Below are positions 35,001-48,528 of a stretch of 63,576 nucleotides of DNA, in pieces. The stretch is from Gekko japonicus (taxonomy: Eukaryota). The notes beneath the pieces were generated by a model. The model was not told the DNA's origin. It searched no databases and worked only from the letters and a program-made list of their open reading frames with translations. The DNA is taken from contig NW_015164211.1 of the NCBI RefSeq assembly GCF_001447785.1, positions 360,012-423,587 of the forward strand, written 5' to 3'. A program made the position numbers and the translations under genes. Within the stretch, counting starts at the first letter, position 1; each line of letters opens with the position of its first letter.

Positions 35001-37525
35001 CCCATTTTGCTGAGGCAAATACTTATTAACTGCTGAACTGCAAAAAGTGAAGCAGAAACATAAGTTTTGTTCAGTGATTTGCATTTTGAGCAATAATTCG
35101 GGTAATAGCTTGTACAGTGCTTCAGCTGAATGTATTCTTGGACTACAAGGTAACGGAAAATTTGAAAATGCGTCCTGAATTTCTCCTTTCCATTGTCGAT
35201 AACATTGCATGACTGAAATGTTCATACACTGTACTTTCCTCCCCCAAATCAAGATACCAAATGTATAAGGAAATTTTTATTTTCATTTTATCTGAGAAAA
35301 GGAGCATTGACTCACAAAAGCTCATACTGGAATAACTGTTGCTAATCTTTAAGGTGCCAGTAGACTTTTCTTTTGCTACAATAGACAAATACAACTGCCC
35401 CTACCTGGAATTCTCAGAAGTCTAACTTGAAACAAAGTTCTTGAAAGCATGTTGTAACTTCAGCTTTGGGAGGGGGATATGTTGGTATATTTCTGTGTGT
35501 GCGTGCACTATTCTTGCCTTTCCAGTCTTTCACTTGCACAGGCGCTTCTGCGGGGATCTCTAGAATGCAGACAGATATCAAATAATGATCTTGGACATTT
35601 CCCTGATCTCATTCTGTGTTAGATCACTGTCCAGATATGACTTTTCTTTATTTGGCGGATGATTCTGCTTAAGTTTTGTCAGTGCTCTTAAAAGTGACGT
35701 TGAAAGCATATACAAGCAGCTTTGGAAATAAACCCCAACATTACTGTCCTGCTTTTCCACAGTTCTAGTTATTCGTAGAAACCTGCCAGCCTTTTCTTCC
35801 CTTCTCTGCCTACTTGCCTGTAGACAATTATTACCATAGGTATTTACATGTTTGGTAATAGTTCCTTCTGCTATTTGACTTTGGATTGTGGTGTCTCACT
35901 GAGGACATCATTGCATATGTGAGTCATGTAGTAAATTGCATGGATTGTAATTTGAAATACTGTCTTGTAAGAATCTTGCTAATTTTGGCTAGCTGTTAAA
36001 CTTGTAATGTAGTCCAAAACCTAGTCACTGAAGACATAACATTCCCAATCTCTAAAACAGCAGAGCAGGGATGTGCCACAAACTTGGGTGCTTGGTCTTC
36101 TCTCCCACCTGAAATCCCCTCCCCTTTTGTGTGGCTGACTTTTAACTATAATGTACTGTTATGTAATTTTTGACATTAATGGAGCTAGCCAAGTTAACCA
36201 CAGTTCCCTTATAAGCAGGATTCACAAACAGACTTTAAACCTTGGATTCAAACTCTAGCTAGAGTGAATGTGTATTAGTGCTGAAGCATACTGGTGCCAC
36301 ATCATAGTTAAAGTAAACCACGGAAGGAAAGGTGAAGTGGCACACAAGCTTATGGCAATCTAATCTTTTACAACAGTTAGGAGTGTTCTCTTGATTTGGC
36401 AGTTCTTTAATTCCATTGGGATATACCATGGGGCATAAGTACTCCATTGTGCTAATTTAAAAGAACTCTTCCCAGTTTCTCCCGGAAACAACATGAACAG
36501 GGTAACTTCATCAAATTATTTTCCTATATTTAATACCCCCCTACTGCTGCTTCAAATGGGTCTTCGTAATCCATGGGGGGGGGGACGACCCTATTTTGTG
36601 ATTAATATGTAAACCAAGTGTCAGTAGGCAATCTTGAAAAGGAGACTACTTGTGCAATGTAGTAATTGTATCAGAGGTTTGCTTTAGTGGCCTGATTATA
36701 CCTTTTCCAAACCCTGTTATGTCTTAAAATATGGGTCTTTGATTATTATGATTTTTTGTATTGGAGTAAGCAGTAAAATACTTTAGCTTTAATCTTACTT
36801 TGTAGTATGTTTCCAATAAATGTGTATAATGTGTGATGTTGTAAGACATATTTTAATGGTACCTACTGAGATTGAATGACGTGACAGAGGGTGCATTCCA
36901 CTGTTGCTGAGAGAAGATCCTTTTTTACGTGGATGCATTAGTGCCATTGCTGAAAATGAAATACCCAAGCAGTCTTGAAGATGTGGCCTCTTTTACTATC
37001 CCCTTCTAATATGGGTTTGAGGCCGTGAAAATGCTGTTGTGCATTTGATATATCAATGAAAGCGTGTGTGAATTTGAGTAACCTGCTATTTAAAATACAG
37101 TTCACGCTCTTTTGTGGTTCACACACTCATGGTCTATCTGTGTCTGTCTCTAAAATAAGCTCAGAAGTTCTGGATGCCCCTGGCTGTGCTTCATTATCAT
37201 GATGTGGGGTGGGTGGGGGTGACAGAGATGCAGTTGTGTAATAGCTGCCCTCCCATTCTGCTTTATCTCCTAGATGGCCTTGGGTGTAGAGCACCTTCTT
37301 GCATCAGATGGGAGAGGATTGCATGGGAGATGAGTCTCTCTTTTTGCCTTTTACAGCTACTTGGGGGGGGGGGGGACAAACTGCTCACTTATTCTTGGAG
37401 CCAGGATGAAACATTGTGACAGCAGTGGAAAAAGGAAGCTCTGGCTAAGAAATGATTTTCAAAGATACAAAACAACAAATAACTTGGTGTACCTTCTGTT
37501 CGAGAGCTTTCTCTGTATTACCATA

Positions 37526-37745
37526 GAACAAAGTTTGAGTCCGGTGGCACGTTTAAGACCAATAGAGCTTTATTCAAGGTGTGAGCTTTTGTGTGCATGC
37601 ACACGTCTTCAGACATCTGGTGTTTAAGGCACTGTGCATGCGCACCAAAGTTCACACCTTGAATAGAGCTTTGGTCTTAAAGTTGCCACCGGACTCAAAC
37701 TTTGTTCCACTGCTTCAGACCAACACAGCTGCCCACCTGGATCTA
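37526..37745. mobile_element. Penelope-like element terminal sequences arranged as an inverted repeat (arms 37526-37707); other Penelope ends at ~35290-35410(+) and ~57430-57530(-)
   Basis: GAACAAAGTTTGAGTCCGGTGGCA...TGCCACCGGACTCAAACTTTGTTC; GGTCTTAAAG.TGCCAC and GAAAGCTCA motifs typical of reptile Penelope termini. Confidence 0.7.
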
Positions 37746-39746
37746 TCTGTAATACCATATCTGTGTAACTTTTCAAGTGACTGTTAGTCACTTATAGGTC
37801 ATTAAAGCATATAAATTAGAGCTTCTTTACAACACTTCTAATTATCCTTGGAGTACAATTTGCTTAAACAAGTATTTATAGAACTTAAACTAGTATGTTA
37901 ATTAAGCAATCCTCTTCTGAATTAGTTTCTGGCAGCAGTAGCTCTTGGCACCAGCTAGATACACTGAGCACAATGAAAAAGGATGCTTAGATCAAAGAGG
38001 GTGCTACTTGAATGTAAAGTCTCTCTAAACCTCTGATTTTTGTCACAGTGAGCAACTGAACTTGCTCAGCTATAGAGGGATCAGCCAGCAGACAGGCATT
38101 GGTCCTGGTTGCAGTAGAGGAAAAATCATGCTTCTTGTATGCTGTTCTCACATTGGCTGGGCAGCACTGCAACTGCACCTTTCCATTTCTTAAACGTTGT
38201 TAAGAGACTGAGAATGCTCCACAGGTTTGTGTATTCGACTTGCATGACAATGATTCCATCATTTCCCTTTCTGAGCCAACTATGGGTAGCATATCTGCAC
38301 TGCTATGTTTGTTAATCGTGGTTAGCTCCAAAATACAGTTTGTGACTGTGGTCAGATGTGGTTTCAGACTGATCTGGGCTTATCTCAACTGTGGTTATAA
38401 TAATAACCCTGCCTACTGACAGGAAGCAGTGAGTGAATGGTTGGAATATTGGTTTATGTCGTATTTGTATCAGACATTTGTCTGTCGTTCAATGAAAGGG
38501 GACAGCTGTCACATTGTGTCCCGGCTCAGTCAAAATGTGCAGAGGGGAAGAAGTCCAGTGAGAAGTCCAATAATTTGAGAAACATGACACTCTGGCCCCT
38601 AAGTTAGGATTGCTTCCATCTGCCTTAAATAATAATGGATAATAATATTCTCGCCCATTTTATTCCAACACTTTATTCCCCCTCCCTTTTTTTGTATTCT
38701 TCTGCCCTTAACAGATCATGTACTTGAGATGCTTTCTTACTACTTTAAATAGTTCAGGTCCTAATACAAGTGATAAATAAAAATAAGGCAGTACTCAAAC
38801 TAGTAGCAGCTTGTCAATAGCCCTACTACCTTTTTCTTTAACTTTAATGTAGCTTTTCTGTCTTGATTGTGAGAGATTAAACCTGTTTTTGTTAAAATAT
38901 TTGTATTTAAGGTTGCTAGGTCTTCATTAAAACGACATGGAGCAAAGCAGGACCCACAAGAAAGCTGTAGGCAGGGGACATCGCATTCCCCCGCCTTTGC
39001 TTCCTCCTCTCTCCACCACCCTTTCTGTTACTCTTTCTCCCCCCACACCGCCCTTTTCAGTCACTTTCTCTTTCTCCCCTCCCACAGCCCTTCTCTGTTT
39101 CTCTTTCCCCCTGGCCCATGAGACTCCCAGGGACAGGGTTGGCTTGCTGCTTTCCTCCACCCCTCTACTCAGTGGGCCCAGCCAGATCTGGCTTATGTTG
39201 TGGTAATGAGGCAGCAGCAAAGTGGGGACGTGGGAGGTGGAGGATCCCATTTATTCTCCACCACCTTCCAAGGCAGTGGCAGAGGAGGATTTGGGTCCTT
39301 TGCTGCCTGCCAAATGTCCTCTCACCACTGTCCTGGCCACCCAAGTTGTGAATCTGACAGCAGCTGCCATGGTAGCAGGTTGGGGTATGTGGCAGAGGCT
39401 TCCAGTCCTTCTCACCCACCCTCCACCCAAGGCAGCAGTGGAGGTAGGCAAGTCAGTGGTGGTTTTAGGATGGCGGTTGGTCATAAAGGCTCCTGGTTCA
39501 CTTGGCCTGCTCACTTACAGTGTAGGTTTGGAGGCATTTGCCTGCCTAGACAACTGTTTTCTTTTGTTTTAAACTCCTGTTGTGGTTTGGGATTTTCTGC
39601 AAACCTTGGTGGGGCAAGTTTGTTCGATCTCCCTTCTCTCATTGTGCCCCTTATCCACAGATAGAAGTATCTGCAGATGGGGCCATGTTGACTATTAGAT
39701 ATACTGATTATTTGGTGCTGTCATGTTCAGACATCTCTCTTTGTAG

Positions 39747-39828
39747 GACCTCAACTGAGTGCGCAACTAGAAGGTTGGCTTTCTCAAGTACAATCTACAA
39801 AAAGACCTGCTAGAGCCATTATTGCACC
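39747..39828 (+). CDS. MEMO1: MEMO1 coding exon 2 ([27 protein letters not shown])
   Basis: Translation identity; TAG acceptor and GTAAGT donor. Confidence 0.97.
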
Positions 39829-41034
39829 GTAAGTTTCATATTTTTTTTGGAAAAAAATGTTTTTAATGTTTTAAAATGCTGCCCAGGTGTTAATGCTCAG
39901 CCATTTCTGATGTGAAATTGGTGTTTTCAGGGAAGTCCCAAAGTGTTTTTAACCTGTTCACCCACCTTATTTTCTCCTAATCAATTGATGTTCTAATGCC
40001 ATTTTTGAAAATCTGTCTTTTTCTTTTGAGAAGTGATCTCTATATACTGTTAGCAACATGTGGTCTCCATCTGCGGATATCTAAATCTGTAGATTGCATC
40101 CACATGGACACTAAAGAGATTTTTCTACAAACTTGGGGGACCCCCTAAGTTTGCCAAAAAATCTGACTTAAAAAAAAACAGGTGGGGTTTTTTAAATTCC
40201 CCCCCCCCCCAAAAAAAAACCCTTACCTCCAGGGGCATGGTGGCCTGGGAGCAACCACTGGGCCTAAGTTGCGGGCACAGCTGGCCAGGAGCCACGCTCA
40301 GCCTGGTGGAGGCGCAGCAGCCTGGGAGCTGCACCAGACTTGACACTGGGGGGGGGGATATGGAATCCCCCTCCCGCTGACACAGTGGCAGAGGATGCCT
40401 GGCAGCTGTGTCGGACCCAGCAGCGGAAGAGGAGGATGCCGGGCTCAAGAGACATGGCAGAATCCCCCCCCCTCCACAAATCTCCTACCACTGAGCTGCA
40501 AGGCGAATCACCAGTGATCGAGGGAGGGATCCCCCCTCATGAGTATCGGGATTTCCCACCTGCAAGTATCGTGGTTCCCCACTTGTTACCATATGGTATT
40601 GTTGGTGGCTGTTTGGTAGTGTCACTGACAACTTGGACTAAAGACAGAAGTCGTTGTCTGAACCTGTGAATATCTTCATTTCAAGCTTCTCCCCCAGTTG
40701 CCGAAGGGGAAGTGCTTATTATTAGGTTAAAAGTAGTAAGTAAAATAATAGTAAAAAGCAGTTCTTACAAGCCTTTTCTTTGTCTTGCAAATATAACTTG
40801 GGAAAGTTATGAACATGTGGACAGGTAAGGAAGCAAGGTGCTCCTTGATGGTCAGTGAACCGGGTGAACGTGCTGCTTATATCTACATGTGTTTCAAGTA
40901 TCTGTCAGATGTATGATTGTTAGTACTTTCTTAACAGTTCTTCTCTATACAGACCATTAGTATCTTGGTAGTTTTTGTTATACTAAAGATGTAAAAGTTA
41001 ATTTTAAGCAAAGTCCTCTTTTTTTTTTTAATAG

Positions 41035-41103
41035 ACATGCAGGTTACACTTACTGTGGGTCTTGTGCAGCTCATGCTTATAAACAAGTGGATCCTTCAAT
41101 CAC
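41035..41103 (+). CDS. MEMO1: MEMO1 coding exon 3 ([23 protein letters not shown])
   Basis: Translation identity; canonical splice sites; 69-nt symmetric exon. Confidence 0.97.
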
Positions 41104-42736
41104 GTAAGTTAACATTAGAAGATTGTTATACCAAGTAAGATAGAACTTAATTGGTTCTTGGTCCTGCCTCCAAGGTTGCAGGAGATTATTTTAAATACAA
41201 GACAGGCTGGGTTTCTCAGAGGTGTGTCAGATCAGCCGTGGTAAACATAATTGAAATAAGTTGCTGCTTGTCATACAGTCTGTTGGGAGAGGGACAGGTT
41301 TGAATTGCAAATCTGAGGGACAGTCTGTTTTGCAAGAAACACGAGTATAGGTTAATACTTTATGAAGTCTTAATGCCAACTTAAATATTGCTTGATTTTT
41401 ACACACTTGCACATAGTCTGCCAATCTTGCATTGCTGTTGCCAGCAGGGTGCTTCATTGTATGGATACCTGACCATGGGCATCGAAACAAACAGTATGTG
41501 TACAAAACACTTTTTAAGAGGGTGGAGTAATTTTATCACACCAGTGCTGCTCCTTTGCTTGCACTAACATGCTTAGAATTGCAATGCCCTTTGTGGAACC
41601 AGCTTCACACACACACACTCTTTGTGATTCAGCATCTCCTGTGCAATGTTGCTGTAAAGACACCTTGGAAAATAGGAAAGAACAAGAAGAGGGCCCCGCG
41701 ATACTTGCGGGGGGGGGGAGTATTCCCCCTGGCTCCTGGCCTGCAGAAGCAGGAGGAACTCAGGGCTGAGGAGGAAGCGGCCACAGGTAAGCTCCCCCCA
41801 CCCCCAGCTCCAGCGGTGAGGCCTGAGCGGCTTCNNNNNNNNNNNNNNNNNNNNNNNNNNNNNNNNNNNNNNNNNNNNNNNNNNNNNNNNNNNNNNNNNN
41901 NNNNNNNNGTGCCCCCCCCCCCAGCCCCAAGCCTTCCCCCATCCCCCCCCCAGCACTGGGGGTGAAGCCTGAGTGGCTCCCAGCCACTGGGCCTCCCCCC
42001 CCCAACGGCCAGAGTGTTCCCTGCGCATGCGCAGGAAACTCTCTCTGCCCCCCAAGTGCCCATGATGTGCGGATTTAGATATCCACGCGGAGGGGGCAAC
42101 TTGGCTATTAGATATATAGATACATCAAAGGCAGGCCATCCTGATTCTATCTTATTTCTTTACCTATGAATCCTTTTGCTCAAATGTAGCAGTACTTGGA
42201 AACTAAAGTTTACCTATATATGAAAATGTGAACATTCATGAGGTGGAACCATGAACCTCTATATTTATTACCATTAGTTTGCCTTTCTGACTGGGACCCA
42301 AGGCAGATTACAAATATGATTTTACAATTAAATGTATTAGTAAGTGTTTTGCAAGATATGTTAACATTTGAATCTATCAGCAGAGATTCTGAGTAAGAGA
42401 AAAACGTGTAGTTTTGCTAGGATTCTAGAACAGGGAGCATACCCCAAACTATCCATGCAAACATATCTAAGGCAACAGAACAGTTAGTGTAGCTTGCAAC
42501 TATATCTATTATCGTAACCAGACAATCAGTGAAGGGAAGTAGAAATCCCCTCCTAAACTGAACTATTACACCACAGCTCTGTGCCTTCTAAAAGAAAGCC
42601 CGCTTGAACAATTCTGTTTTGTGCATTCTGCAAAACAATAGAAACATGGAAGCTGTCATGGAGAACAGTGAATAGTGGTTTTCTGTGGAGTAGATGGACT
42701 ATCACTAATACTGCATCTCTCCTATTATCGTTATAG

Positions 42737-42849
42737 ACGGAGAATCTTCATTCTTGGGCCTTCCCATCATGTGCCCCTTTCCCGATGTGCACTTTCCAGT
42801 GTGGATATATATAGAACCCCTCTATATGATCTGCGAATTGATCAAAAGG
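42737..42849 (+). CDS. MEMO1: MEMO1 coding exon 4 ([37 protein letters not shown])
   Basis: Translation identity; canonical splice sites. Confidence 0.98.
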
Positions 42850-44372
42850 GTAACTGTTTAATGCCATACACAACTCTTATTGTACAGGGACAATACTAGC
42901 TTTCGAAGATATTAATTATTCTTCTTTGAATGTTAACTTTCATGTGAAAATTATGGTAATCTTAGACTTTCTACTGATTGCTTAAAATAGGATATGTCAC
43001 TGAAGGCACTGCCAAGCTTGATTGTTACTTAAGCAAAATAATTGTTCAGAATTCCTCTAGTAACACTTCTTCTGTCACCCTTCATCCTGTTCAATTGATG
43101 TCTTGCAGAGTATAAGCTTTCCTGCAGAGCCAGTTTGGTGTAGTGCTTAAGAGCGGCGGACTCTAATCTGGAGAACTGGGTTCGATTCCCCACTTCCCCA
43201 CTGGAAGCTAGCTCGGTGACCTTAGGCAAGTCACAGCACTCTCAGCCTGATCATAAGCATAGCTCGCCACTCAGTGGTGTGGAAAAAGAGCTACAGCTTC
43301 AGCAGCCAAACATTCCCTTCCAGGATCTCCTGGCTGTTCTACACATAATGCCATATGATAATTAATTAAGTTTAGCTTTCCTACAAATGTACAGAATTAA
43401 CATGGGGCACTTTTTAAAATGTGATTTATTAAACAGAAGTCAAAATAAACATGTTAAATCTGATGACATTCTATTTAGGGTATCTGAAAACTTTCCAGAA
43501 AGTTTTCTAATTTTATTTTTTCTGGAAAAATCACTCTGATGCCTGGACCTTAATTTTTGACAGAAAGGAATTTTGTGTATGGATTGAATAGACTCTTGAA
43601 GATGGCTGCTTGAGATATAGTTGTAGTAGCATAGGGTGTGCTGTGGGTTAGATGGCACTGCATCATATTCAGTTACTTCCCTAAAGCAACCAATCATTAC
43701 AATCTGTCAGAAAATCCTGTACCACAGATCCCCTTGTGGTAGCCGTAGGTCTGTCTTTATGGCCAGTTACACCAGAATCCTATTCTCCTATCTACTAGAA
43801 GAGCAAGGGCAAAAAGCCTGTTGTAATTTTATGCTTATACAGACTGACTATCTGTGACAAACATGCTGTTCACAAAGAAAATAAAATCTCACTGTTTTGG
43901 GTTGCTAAATAATGACACGAGGCCTTAAATTTTGCTGCTGTTTTTAGGAGGTTTGCTGTTAAATTTTATATTAAAAAAAGACAATTATTTTAATTTCGTG
44001 AGGAGTTTCCAGAATTTTGAGTTTACAGGTGTTTTATTCATGACCAGGATGATAGTAGGAATATTTTGTAAAAGCTAACAGTAAGTTTTATCGATAAGAA
44101 TACTCCTAAATAACCTTATTAATTTTAATGTTACACTGAAGTCATTATGTATTTAAATGCAGAAAGTTGGCATTAATCCAGACAGAGCAGGGCAATTGTT
44201 TTCTCTTAATACAGTCTGTTATGACGCTAGTTTCAGATTTGTCCCGGTTTGTCCTAGTTTCAAATTAGAATGCATCTAACCTAAAGTTTACAGTGTGAGA
44301 GCTTCTAACTTAGTTGTTGCATCTATTTGCTGTTACAGCTTTTTAGTAAAACTAATATGTCCAGCTTTTCAG

Positions 44373-44484
44373 TTTATGCAGATCTATGGAAGACTGGAAT
44401 GTTTGAACGCATGTCTCTGCAAACGGATGAAGACGAACACAGTATTGAAATGCATTTGCCTTATACTGCTAAAGCCATGGAAAG
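44373..44484 (+). CDS. MEMO1: MEMO1 coding exon 5 ([38 protein letters not shown])
   Basis: Translation identity; canonical splice sites. Confidence 0.98.
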
Positions 44485-44985
44485 GTACGCTAACATTGCA
44501 TACCTGATTCTCCTGCTTTTGAGCTGTTAGTACTCTTATATTTATTGTCCTGTATCTCCTGCTTCTTTTTCTATCCAACTTAAAAGGACTGGCAGAAATC
44601 AATGAGGCACAATTTAAGTTTGCATAACTTAATACAGTTGTAGGATTTAGAATCTTTTCATATTTTCTCACTCATATTTACCTGTATGCGAATGAGAACT
44701 ACCAAACAAAGAGCAGTGTGGCTGTATTAAATGGAGATGTTGAGAGAATAAGTGGATCTCAGTCTTCTATGCAAAACATTCTGTTCTTTACCCTAAACGT
44801 AAGGCTGCACTTCTTCAGTGGCTGAAATACCATTAAGTAATTTGTGTGATGGTACACAACACTTTTCTAAAGTATAGTCTTGAAGTTGCCATTCTCGGGG
44901 TATCTGCTTTTGATACTGAGACAAAAAAAAAAAGCATACGTATTGATAGTATGATTTATGGTCTAAAAGTAAGATACTCAGTATA

Positions 44986-45326
44986 GGTAAAGGTTTCCCT
45001 TGCTTGAAAGCCAGTCGAATCCAACTCTAGAGGGCAGTGCTCATCTCCGTTTCCAAGCCGAAGAGCCAGCTCTGTCCGAAGACATTTCTGTGGTCATGTG
45101 GCCGGCATGACTAAACGCCGAGGTGCATGGAACACTGTTACCTTCCCACCGAAGCGGTACCTATTTATCAACTTGCAATTTCTTGCTTTTGAATTGCTAG
45201 GTTGGCAGGAACTGGGGCCAGAGAGAGGAGCTCACTCCATCACACGGCATTAGGGTCTCGAACTGCCGAGCTACAGACCTTCTGGTCAGCAGCTCAGCGT
45301 CTTAACCTCTAAGCCACCACAGCCCC
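44986..45326 (-). mobile_element. Full-length Sauria SINE
   Basis: tRNA-like head, ACCTTT tail; perfect 15-bp TSD AAGATACTCAGTATA (44971-44985, 45327-45341). Confidence 0.88.
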
Positions 45327-46171
45327 AAGATACTCAGTATAAAAGCCAAAACAAACTTACATGGCTTTTAAAACGATAGAAGAACTGTTGCATGCAGAAT
45401 ATCCCAGATTCAACTCCCAGCATCTCCAGTGAAAAAGAATTTCGGTAGTAGGTGATGTGAAATTCTTGACACCCTGGAGAGCTGTTGCCAGTCAAAGTAA
45501 ACAGTACTCACCTTGACTCAGTAGAAGGCAGCCTTATGTTAGGCCAAATGCTCTATTTTACTGCAGATGGCTAACTATAATTTTAACGTGAGTTCTGGCC
45601 AGCATTTACGGAGGTCTTGTTTGAACCTAGGAGTCCAGTAATGGAGACCACACATGTGTTTTTCTTAAACAAATAATCTTTTACTGAAGGATTTCAATAT
45701 CAAGCATACACAAAACATCAGTCTCACTTCACAAGCACACAAGTTTCCTTAAGCGTTACAGAAAGAAATAAAAATAGATTATCAGTTACTTGGTGGGAGA
45801 TAGATGTATTTCGGTTGATACTTGCCTGGTTCCAGATGTCTTGTCTGTTGCAATGGTGATTGGAAGGGAAGGGAAAGGTCCCTGGGGTTAATTGCTCATC
45901 CACAATGCTTAGAACGAGCTAGCTATTGTGGGTGAATGTCTCTGGCTGCGCAGCCCAGAGAGATTCAAACAAAGAGCTTTAACTCAAGGAAAGATGGGGG
46001 GGGGGTAGAATGTGGCCAGCCAGCAGCCCCGAACTGAAAGCGTGCTGAACGTTTTATAGTGAAATCTCCAGGTTGGTGGCATCTTGCCATACTGTGGTCC
46101 CACCTTTCTACAGATCCATCCCATTAACTCTCCTGATTGGTGCATGTGAAAAGGGGCAGGTATACCTATGG

Positions 46172-46451
46172 TATACCCGGGTGCCGCATGATGGAGTGAG
46201 CTCCCGTCTCTAGTTCCAGCTCCTGCCAACCTAGCAGTTCGAATGCAAGAAATTGCAAGTAGATAAATAGGTACCACTTCAGTGGGAAGGTAACAGCGTT
46301 CTGTGCGCCTTGGTGTTTAGTCATGCCGGCCACATGACCACGGAAACGTCTTCGGACAGCGCTGGCTCTTCGGCTTTGAAACGGAGATGAGCACCGCAAC
46401 CCTAGAGTCGGATTCGACTGGCTTTCGAGCAAGGGAACCTTTACCTTTACT
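46172..46451 (+). mobile_element. 5'-truncated Sauria SINE
   Basis: ACCTTTACCTTT tail; 11-bp TSD TATACCTATGG (46161-46171, 46452-46462). Confidence 0.88.
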
Positions 46452-47943
46452 TATACCTATGGGAGGGCCAACATTTGAAATTCTATTCTCTATCTCATGG
46501 AATGGTATTTGGCTAGGTGTTAAGTCTTATCTTCCTGTTGCTCCTTTGAAGTACAGATGAAGCTGGCTCTCCCAGGCACACAGGATGCTGTAAACAGGAT
46601 GCTGCTATACAAATGCAGATTCAGTCCATGCCTCCTGACATCTCATATCTCCAGTAATGGGGGATCTTCTTCTCAAAGTTGTTGTTTCTGATCACAATGG
46701 CAAACCATCTGCTTCTTGCTCCCACAATGCCTTGCTAGCTGAATGTGTGCNNNNNNNNNNNNNNNNNNNNNNNNNNNNNNNNNNNNNNNNNNNNNNNNNN
46801 NNNNNNNNNNNNNNNNNNNNNNNNNNNNNNNNNNNNNNNNNNNNNNNNNNNNNNNNNNNNNNNNNNNNNNNNNNNNNNNNNNNNNNNNNNNNNNNNNNNN
46901 NNNNNNNNNNNNNNNNNNNNNNNNNNNNNNNNNNNNNNNNNNNNNNNNNNNNNNNNNNNNNNNNNNNNNNNNNNNNNNNNNNNNNNNNNNNNNNNNNNNN
47001 NNNNNNNNNNNNNNNNNNNNNNNNNNNNNNNNNNNNNNNNNNNNNNNNNNNNNNNNNNNNNNNNNNNNNNNNNNNNNNNNNNNNNNNNNNNNNNNNNNNN
47101 NNNNNNNNNNNNNNNGAAATCTCTCTCTCTCACTATAGGTGTTGCAAACAGCTTTCTTTGGCTTATGGTATACAAATGAATGTGCACAGTCCATGTGTGT
47201 TGCTTGTGTATCAGATATAAAAACATAAATAAGTCTGTCTCATAACACTTATGTGCAAAATAGAAATAGCAAGAGTTATGGAAATAGGGGGGAAGTATTT
47301 TTATGCTGCTTAGTGCCAAGTAGAAATTCAGTCTGCTGTGTTCTTATAGGTGTAGTCCTTGATATGATATATATAAAAGCCCTGGCATATTGGCACTTTC
47401 CAGATCTCCCATTGGCTATTCTATGCACTCCATCAGCCATTGGTCCATCAACCGCCACTCAAGAGTACTCACATGCCATTGGCTGAGTGCTGGGTCCACT
47501 CCTTTCTCCCACCCATTGGCAGGCTGGCCATAAACTGCCAAAACGGTTCTCTCTCCTAACGAAAACACTTCTCCTGCTTGGCTCCTCCATGGCTAGCTGG
47601 CTACTGAGGTGGGCCAGCGGCTGTCAAACCATTCTCTTCTCCTCCTTGGCTCACTTTTCCCCTTGGCAACCAAGCTTGGTTCTGTCAGTAAAAAGGTGGG
47701 GGAGGAGGCCCTTTTCAGGCCTACTTTGGCCTTTGTGGGAAACTGTGGCCAGTCCTGACTAGGGTTGCCAGCTCCAGATTGGGAAATTCCTGGAGCCAGA
47801 GTTTGGGGAGGGAAGAGGCCTCAGCCGAATAGAGTCCACCCTCCAAAGCAGTTATTTTCTCCAGGGGGAGAGAGAGAAATCTGTTGTCTGGAGTTCAGTT
47901 GTGATACCAAACGATACCACAGCCAGTGTGGTGTAGCAGTTCG

Positions 47944-48528
47944 TATTGAGTGCAGTAAAGAAGAAGCTGGAGACCAACTGGTGATGAAGGTGCATAAAGT
48001 TTACTTAGAGATAATGGTGAATATTTACACAGAGATATACAGACTGTCTTACAGCATAGCGTGCCTTAGTTGGAGAGAACTAAGTCCCCCACCCAGCTTA
48101 TCAAGCTGATAGCTTAAATACTAACCCCAGCCAATCACTAACAGGATAAACTAATTTCCTACTCCAACAATGCTAGAAGAGTAACACCTGGTAGTTTAAC
48201 ACCTGGCTGTAATTGCCTTAACCACTTAGCATGACAGCTAAGACTTACACATAGATCATACTGATCTAGATCCAGTAACCAATGTTCCCTCTAAGCTGAG
48301 TTAGTGTGAGCTAGCTCACAGTTTTCTAGCCTCCAGCTCACACATTTTTGTGTTAGCTCAGGAAGGATGGCTCCAGAGCAAACTAATTTATGCAGCAGCC
48401 AAATCGCTTGCTCACAACTTTAATGCCAGTAGCTCACAAAATAGAATTTTTGCTCACAAGTCTCCAGAGCTTAGAGGGAGCATTGCCAGTAACTGCTTGC
48501 TACCTCAACCTAGACATATATCTCAATA
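47944..48528. mobile_element. Solo-LTR-like element inserted in a SINE
   Basis: Inverted termini TATTGAG...CTCAATA (variant of TGTTGAG...CTCAACA); 5-bp TSD GTTCG; the SINE sequence resumes on the other side. Confidence 0.7.
48280..48485. mobile_element. hAT MITE (206 bp) nested in the LTR-like element; second copy at 51667-51872
   Basis: TIRs CAATGTTCCCTCTAAGCT / AGCTTAGAGGGAGCATTG; perfect 8-bp TSD CCAGTAAC. Confidence 0.9.

Noticed and set aside
46657-47319. Long ORFs around 14.1-14.7 kb, 41.6-42.1 kb and 46.7-47.3 kb
   Set aside because: Artefacts of translating through N-gaps
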